Virus record (IMG/VR): IMGVR_UViG_3300050821_009780
Span: 1-64,000 of that record
Strand: one strand, 5' to 3'
Origin: a virus
DNA length: 64,000 nt
In this document: piece after piece, positions 59,241 to 64,000 of the stretch
Layout: each line of letters opens with the position of its first letter
Numbering within the stretch: the stretch's first letter is position 1
The notes under the pieces: model-generated
What the model saw: the letters and a program-made list of their open reading frames with translations, nothing else
Told to the model about the DNA's origin: nothing
Databases searched by the model: none
Translations under genes and position numbers: made by a program

Positions 59241-59470
59241 CCGTCCGCGGCCTCCGGCTTGCGGGCACGCGGCCGGCTGCGCGGGCTCTTCGCCCCGTCG
59301 CCGTCGGAGTCCGCTTCCCGCTCCCACATCACCGCGACCTCGGTGAAGTTCATGATGGTGGTGTGCATGTGCCAGCCGTCGGCGGACATCCTGTCCATGG
59401 ACTCCTGCGCGGCGGCGGCCCGGGAGCTGTCCTGGAAGCTGTACATGGAGAACTGGTAGCGGAAGGCCAT
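59237..59470 (-). CDS. Small hypothetical protein (DUF4177-like pattern)
   Basis: RYQF..MDRMSADGWHM..VMWERE. Confidence 0.45.
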   Translation of the reverse strand: MAFRYQFSMYSFQDSSRAAAAQESMDRMSADGWHMHTTIMNFTEVAVMWEREADSDGDGAKSPRSRPRARKPEAADG

Positions 59471-59806
59471 GGCTAGTGCGTCCCCGCTTCCTGCACGACC
59501 CGCTGCTCGAACAGGTTCGCCTTGGACCCGCTGTTGGAGCCGGCCGTGGCATCGGCCGGGGTGTTCGCCGGGGCGGCGACCTTCTTCTCGGAGCCGCCGT
59601 CGTTCGACACGGACGGCGCGTTCTTTACGCTCATGCTCCTGAGAATCGGGAGGGACAGGCAGCGGCTCTGCCGTCGTGCACGTAGGCCCTGTACTTCAAG
59701 GGCCACGGCCAGCTGTGCTCCCCGCCCCTCCCTCATCTCCGGAGCCGGGCGCGTCTAGTGCCCCACCAGTAGGGTCCGCGTCTCCCGGCACGCACTCCCT
59801 TATACG

Positions 59807-59840
59807 GCAGAGGCCCCCGGATTGCTCCGGGGGCCTCTGC
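59807..59840 (-). terminator. Strong hairpin after the major capsid gene
   Basis: 14-bp perfect stem GCAGAGGCCCCCGG/CCGGGGGCCTCTGC. Confidence 0.75.
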
Positions 59841-59856
59841 TTAGCTTGGCTTGAAC

Positions 59857-61014
59857 CTAGTCGATCAGGCCGCCTGCCCAGTAGGAACTTGAGGCCGCAG
59901 ATCCGTTCGAGACGATGCCAGTCGCGACCAACATCTGTTCCGGGCGGTACACGACCGGGAGCAGATGCCACTCAAGCAAATATTGACGAGCTGACGGGTC
60001 CTTTTCCTTCCAGGTCTTGGCGTACTTGCCCGCGAACCCGGAGGGGGCCTCCTCGTCGGCGGTCGGGCCGATCAGCAATTCCAGGGGGCGCTGGTCGGTG
60101 TAGTTGCCGAGGTAGAGCTGGCCGTCGGGGACGAAGAAGGTGAGGTTCCCGCTGTCGTTCTCGTAGACCTGCTCGACGGTGGTCCAGGTGAGGCCCATGA
60201 AGCCGGACAGGATGCCGGTGGAGAAGTACTCGTCCTTCATCCGGTCGCTGATCATGGTGGCGGGGATGTTGACGGTGGACCCGGCGCCGCCGTGCACCCA
60301 GGCTTCCATGAGGGAGGCCATGGTGACGGAGGTGGCGAAGACCTCGCGGGCGGGGACCCGGCCGTGGATCTGGACGATGCGCTTCCAGGAGCGGACGTCC
60401 TCGATGATCTGGAACGGGCTGGCGTAGGTGACGGTGCCGGTGCCGGCACCCAGGTTGACGTTGGCGCTGCCCAGGTCGGTGGCCGCGCCGGTGCCGGTGT
60501 GGTAGGTCAGGGACGTGTTCTGCACCCAGGGCGCGGCCGGGGTGACGAAGTGCGAGCTGGGGAACTTGAAGTCCACCGTCGCCTGGACATCCGCGTAGTT
60601 GTACGCGATGCCGCCGCCGAGGGCCTGCCAGATGCTCCACTCGGCGAAGTTATCGAACCGCATGTTGAGATCGTTGATCTCCCGCAGCACCGACTTCTCC
60701 GCGTTGAGGCGGGCAATCTCGCCCGGCTCGCGCAGCCACCGCAGGGTGGTCGGCTCGAAGACCTTCTTCTCGCGGAGGTAGATGAACGCCGCGGACTCCT
60801 GGCTCCGGCCCAGGCGGCTGATGATGTGCGCCTCGGAGTTGGGGACGTTCGGCTTGGCGACCATCCGCGAGCCCTTGATCACGTCCCACGTGGCGTAGGG
60901 GTACGGGTGCGGGGTCTGGTCCAGGCGGTTGAGCATCATGAGCGACTCGGGGGTCACCCACTTCTCCACCACGCCCCTCAACACCATGGGCTCTAGTAGT
61001 GATATGTCGGGCAC
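59857..61014 (-). CDS. Major capsid protein (lambda gpE-like family)
   Basis: Follows the decoration and protease genes; AFIYLREKK, FAEWSIWQAL.GG, ATVDF, FFVPDGQ, KTWKEKDPSARQYL...LPV. Confidence 0.85.
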   Translation of the reverse strand: MPDISLLEPMVLRGVVEKWVTPESLMMLNRLDQTPHPYPYATWDVIKGSRMVAKPNVPNSEAHIISRLGRSQESAAFIYLREKKVFEPTTLRWLREPGEIARLNAEKSVLREINDLNMRFDNFAEWSIWQALGGGIAYNYADVQATVDFKFPSSHFVTPAAPWVQNTSLTYHTGTGAATDLGSANVNLGAGTGTVTYASPFQIIEDVRSWKRIVQIHGRVPAREVFATSVTMASLMEAWVHGGAGSTVNIPATMISDRMKDEYFSTGILSGFMGLTWTTVEQVYENDSGNLTFFVPDGQLYLGNYTDQRPLELLIGPTADEEAPSGFAGKYAKTWKEKDPSARQYLLEWHLLPVVYRPEQMLVATGIVSNGSAASSSYWAGGLID

Positions 61015-61164
61015 GGAGGTCGCTCCTTACACGTCAAGTGTCCACTTGCTCTTGGACAGCGACGCCCTCGGGAGGACGCCCGGCCTGCGCCGCTCATATC
61101 TCAGAGCCACTTGGCTGGCCTTCGTTGCAACTGTTAATCGGCCTGCATCCCCTGCAGGCATGGA

Positions 61165-61202
61165 TCAGCCCCGGCCGCGAAGCAGGAAGCGGCCGGGGCT
61201 GA
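61165..61202 (-). terminator. Hairpin after the head decoration gene
   Basis: 14-bp stem TCAGCCCCGGCCGC/GCGGCCGGGGCTGA. Confidence 0.6.
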
Positions 61203-61214
61203 GCTGCTACCGGA

Positions 61215-61799
61215 TCAGAAGATCCAAGCGTTGACGCCCTGGTTGGCGCCGGTGCCGCCCTTGTCCATGCCGTCCATCGGGCCGCCGGGGAACGCCCCGC
61301 CGGAGACGCCGTTGCCGAACGGGACGATGCGCGGCTTGAGCTGGGTGTACGCCCCGGTCGCGCTGGAGCCGACGCCGCCGCCGGTGCCGGTGACCAGCGA
61401 GGTGGTGTCGGTCCCGGAGATCAGGTTGGCGTTGAGGATGCCGCGGTAGACCAGGTTGGCCTGGCAGTCGGTGGACGACTTGCCTGCCGGGGAGGACGAG
61501 CCGCCGGTGTCGCGGCCATCGCGCAGGATGCCGAGGGCGGTCTGGGTGCCGTCGCTCGCGGCGGCGCTGTAGGCGTAGTACTTGCCGTTCGCCGTCTGCT
61601 GGGCGAGCACGCAGCCGGTCGGCAGCACGCCCTGGCCGCCTGCGAGGGTGACGCCGCGCTGGGAGTACCCTGCCATGGACAGCAGGAGCTCCTGCACTGC
61701 CTCGGCATGGAACTCGTCCCCGAAGGTCGCACCGAACTCGTGGGTCGGCTTGGTGTAGCCGGGGGTGTAGTCAAACTCGAAGCTGTCGTTGGCTGCCAC
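61215..61799 (-). CDS. Head decoration protein (lambda gpD-like)
   Basis: GVTLAGGQGVLPTGCVLAQ..GKYYAY..ASDGTQTALGIL. Confidence 0.75.
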   Translation of the reverse strand: MAANDSFEFDYTPGYTKPTHEFGATFGDEFHAEAVQELLLSMAGYSQRGVTLAGGQGVLPTGCVLAQQTANGKYYAYSAAASDGTQTALGILRDGRDTGGSSSPAGKSSTDCQANLVYRGILNANLISGTDTTSLVTGTGGGVGSSATGAYTQLKPRIVPFGNGVSGGAFPGGPMDGMDKGGTGANQGVNAWIF

Positions 61800-61829
61800 G
61801 GTGTCTCCTCAGCGCCTGTCCGGTTCCGG

Positions 61830-62918
61830 TTACTTCCGCAGCTTGCTGTGGCCGCCGAGGCTGGCGGCCATCTCGCCGAGACGGGTCGTCTCGGAGTCAA
61901 CGTCGAACTCGTGCTTCGCCGCGCCGTCGCCGTCGCCGGTGATGCCGGCGGTCTCGGACATGCGGATGAAGGGGGCGTCCTCGGGGGCGAGCAGCTCGTC
62001 CAGCCCGTCCTGTCCCTCGGAGAGGTACACGTTCACGCCGCGCTTGAACGTCTTGGCCAGCAGCCGGCCGCCGTCCACGTAGGACTGCACGGTGCGCTCG
62101 GCATCCTTGCGGTTCAGCGTCTGGACCGACAGCTCCAGCGTCTCGTTCTTGCGCGCCAGCTCCACGATCGCGCCGACCACGTCGGACTGCTCCAGCGAGT
62201 CGCCGGACAGGGCGACGGCACCGGAGCCGCGGAGGGCGTCGGTGATCGCGGCGGTGAGGGACGCGGTGTCCGTCTGGGCGGTAGCGGCAGCCTGAAGCGC
62301 CTCCACGTCAATGCCGTGGTCGGCCTTGAGGGCCGCAATCAGCTCTTCCCTGGTCGGCACTGGGTCCTCCGTAGATAGCACGACAGGTTCATCAAAGTCC
62401 ATATCGGCGGAGTCCACGGTGGCGGCCACGATTTCCTGGTAGGGTTCCAGGTCCAGCACGTGCGGGCGGTTGGTGAAGCAGTGGTGCAGCAGGGCGGGGC
62501 CGACCTTCTGGCCGGTGCGGCTGTCCTCGTAATCCATGGACAGCATGGCGCTCGCGCCCATGATGGTCTTGTTGCGCAGGCCCTCGGCGACCTGGGGGTT
62601 GCGCACGTCCAGGACGGTGTAGACCTTGTTGCCCTCGCGCTCCAGGCGCACCACCTCGCCGCCGTTGCGCAGCGGATCTTCGGTGTGAGAGTTCTTGGCA
62701 TCGGCAACCGGGGCCTGCACCATAGAAACACGGTTGTCGAAGTTCCGCTTCATCCCGTCCCAGAACTTCTCGTCAAGGTTATAGACCTTACCGTGGAAGT
62801 TCAGTGGGCCGAGATTGAGGATGTGCTTGCGGAACAGTGCCCCAGACGCACCCTGACGGCCCAGCTCGACATAAGACTCAGTGCCTGCGCCGGCAGGGAT
62901 GATAACAAGGTCACTCAT
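61830..62918 (-). CDS. Mu gpI-like prohead protease / scaffold
   Basis: H..GEVVRL..GASAML..GPALLHHCFTNRPHVLDL protease motifs plus a helical C-terminal scaffold; ATG at 62918. Confidence 0.8.
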   Translation of the reverse strand: MSDLVIIPAGAGTESYVELGRQGASGALFRKHILNLGPLNFHGKVYNLDEKFWDGMKRNFDNRVSMVQAPVADAKNSHTEDPLRNGGEVVRLEREGNKVYTVLDVRNPQVAEGLRNKTIMGASAMLSMDYEDSRTGQKVGPALLHHCFTNRPHVLDLEPYQEIVAATVDSADMDFDEPVVLSTEDPVPTREELIAALKADHGIDVEALQAAATAQTDTASLTAAITDALRGSGAVALSGDSLEQSDVVGAIVELARKNETLELSVQTLNRKDAERTVQSYVDGGRLLAKTFKRGVNVYLSEGQDGLDELLAPEDAPFIRMSETAGITGDGDGAAKHEFDVDSETTRLGEMAASLGGHSKLRK

Positions 62919-63582
62919 GCACCTGACTATCGGGGACTGCCTGAAGCCTCCGACGCAGCTCACTGTTCTCGGCGGTAAGCTGGCGCACCTGCGCTTCCAG
63001 AGCAGCGATTGTCCGCCTGCTCAACAACTGCTCCGATGCAGTCGCCCACTGCATATTACCCGGCTCATATCCCCGATCATTGTTGACGCGATCAAGCGAC
63101 TGCCCCTGCGGTCGCGGCCCTAGCTCTGCCTCGATGTCGCGGACAAACACCGCCACGTCATGCCACTGCGGAGCCACGCTTATCCCACGTGCACCATAGT
63201 TCCTGTAGGCATCCGCAGAAGGGTTGTAGCAGCGGGACATCATCTTCCGCCAAGCACCATAAAGCGGATGCCTGCTCAAGCCATGGGTGGTATTCGACAG
63301 CCTTAGCCTGTCCAAACTCTCCGCAGTCTGACCTCTGGCGCGCTGAACATCCACCCGCCAGCATCCGCAGGACTTACTAAGTCCTGCGACCAAAGCGGAT
63401 ACGCGTGTAACTAGAACCGCTCCACAGTCACAAACACACTCGGCGTACCGCTGCCCGTTACTGCTCCACCTTGCAGCAGGATCTACTACCTCAAGTCGCT
63501 CGAACCTATCACCTACACGCACCTGAGTTATCCGAGCATTCTTATGCCTGCCGCACTCGCAGCCTGGGTTACACCTCGCCAT
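62911..63582 (-). mobile_element. Free-standing HNH homing endonuclease
   Basis: CVCDCG..KSCGC..THGLS..W..MMSRCYN..YGARGI.V..W..RPQGQSLDRVNNDRGYEPGNMQWAT; lower GC. Confidence 0.85.
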
Positions 63583-63613
63583 GATTACAGATTACACCTC
63601 GCCATGATTGCAC

Positions 63614-63653
63614 AAGAAGAAGGGCTGCCCCGTTGCGCGGGGACAGCCCTTCT
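63614..63653 (-). terminator. Intrinsic terminator
   Basis: AGAAGGGCTG-CCCC...GGGG-CAGCCCTTCT stem ending in TTCTTCTT on the minus strand. Confidence 0.65.
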
Positions 63654-63687
63654 CTCGCAGCGGTAGCGCCCGCCCGTACGCCTTGCG

Positions 63688-63957
63688 CTACCGCACGCTG
63701 AAGGTCGTCGGCCCCTCGCCGAGGGGGACGTTGTGCTTGATGTAGTGGTTACCGGTGAAGCTGAACACCATGAGGTGCACGGTGCCCGGCTCGGGCCGGG
63801 AGGTCCCGGACTGCGCATCGTACATGTCGCCGATGGTCTCGGGCGTGGCCACGATGAAGGCGGCCTTGCGCCGGCCGTCGCGGTCGCGGTACTCGACGCC
63901 GGTGCTGAGGGCCAGTCCGCTGACCAGGGCGCTCGTGGCTTCGGTTGTCTCACTCAT
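63688..63957 (-). CDS. Hypothetical protein
   Basis: SD AGGGGGAG before ATG; clean ORF. Confidence 0.6.
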   Translation of the reverse strand: MSETTEATSALVSGLALSTGVEYRDRDGRRKAAFIVATPETIGDMYDAQSGTSRPEPGTVHLMVFSFTGNHYIKHNVPLGEGPTTFSVR

Positions 63958-64000
63958 GGGCTGCTTCTCCCCTTTTTCCTGTTCCGGAGCCTTCCCCCGG

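Noticed and set aside
1-64000. Reassignment of TGA or TAG to an amino acid
   Set aside because: TGA, TAG and TAA all end well-defined genes here, and the long genes are intact under code 11.

Overview
This is a 64 kb segment of a large, high-GC tailed phage (siphovirus-type) of an actinobacterial host, judged from WhiB, a class F sortase and a Pup-like peptide. Almost all real genes are on the minus strand. Reading right to left: a Mu-type prohead protease/scaffold, head decoration and lambda-E-type major capsid genes; head-tail joining genes heavily interleaved with accessory genes (two glycosyltransferases, a minimal K+ channel, WhiB, and an XRE regulator on the + strand); a lysis-like cassette with a papain-like peptidase; tail tube, chaperones, a ~3,650 aa tape measure protein, Dit and a large tail hub/fibre; a ferredoxin-secreted protein-sortase substrate-sortase F cassette; a block of small early-type genes with an AAA_25 helicase and a repeated 18-bp palindrome; a ~1.6 kb poorly coding region; and a second cluster of Ser/Thr-rich virion-type proteins with a third glycosyltransferase. 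Three free-standing homing endonucleases are present. No integrase, terminase, portal, CRISPR array or canonical tRNA was seen. The most striking signal comes from a manual scan of TTA (UUA), the rare Leu codon. I found it in frame only where a stop codon is expected (TTA-TG overlaps, TTA-TAG) or at two apparent ribosome-hop sites, one of which interrupts the 5' end of the essential tape measure gene. This suggests a UUA-based termination/bypass control layer. Also notable are a family of CCGAT late promoters (many apparently leaderless) and a tRNA-like structured RNA. All calls are by eye, without database searches.
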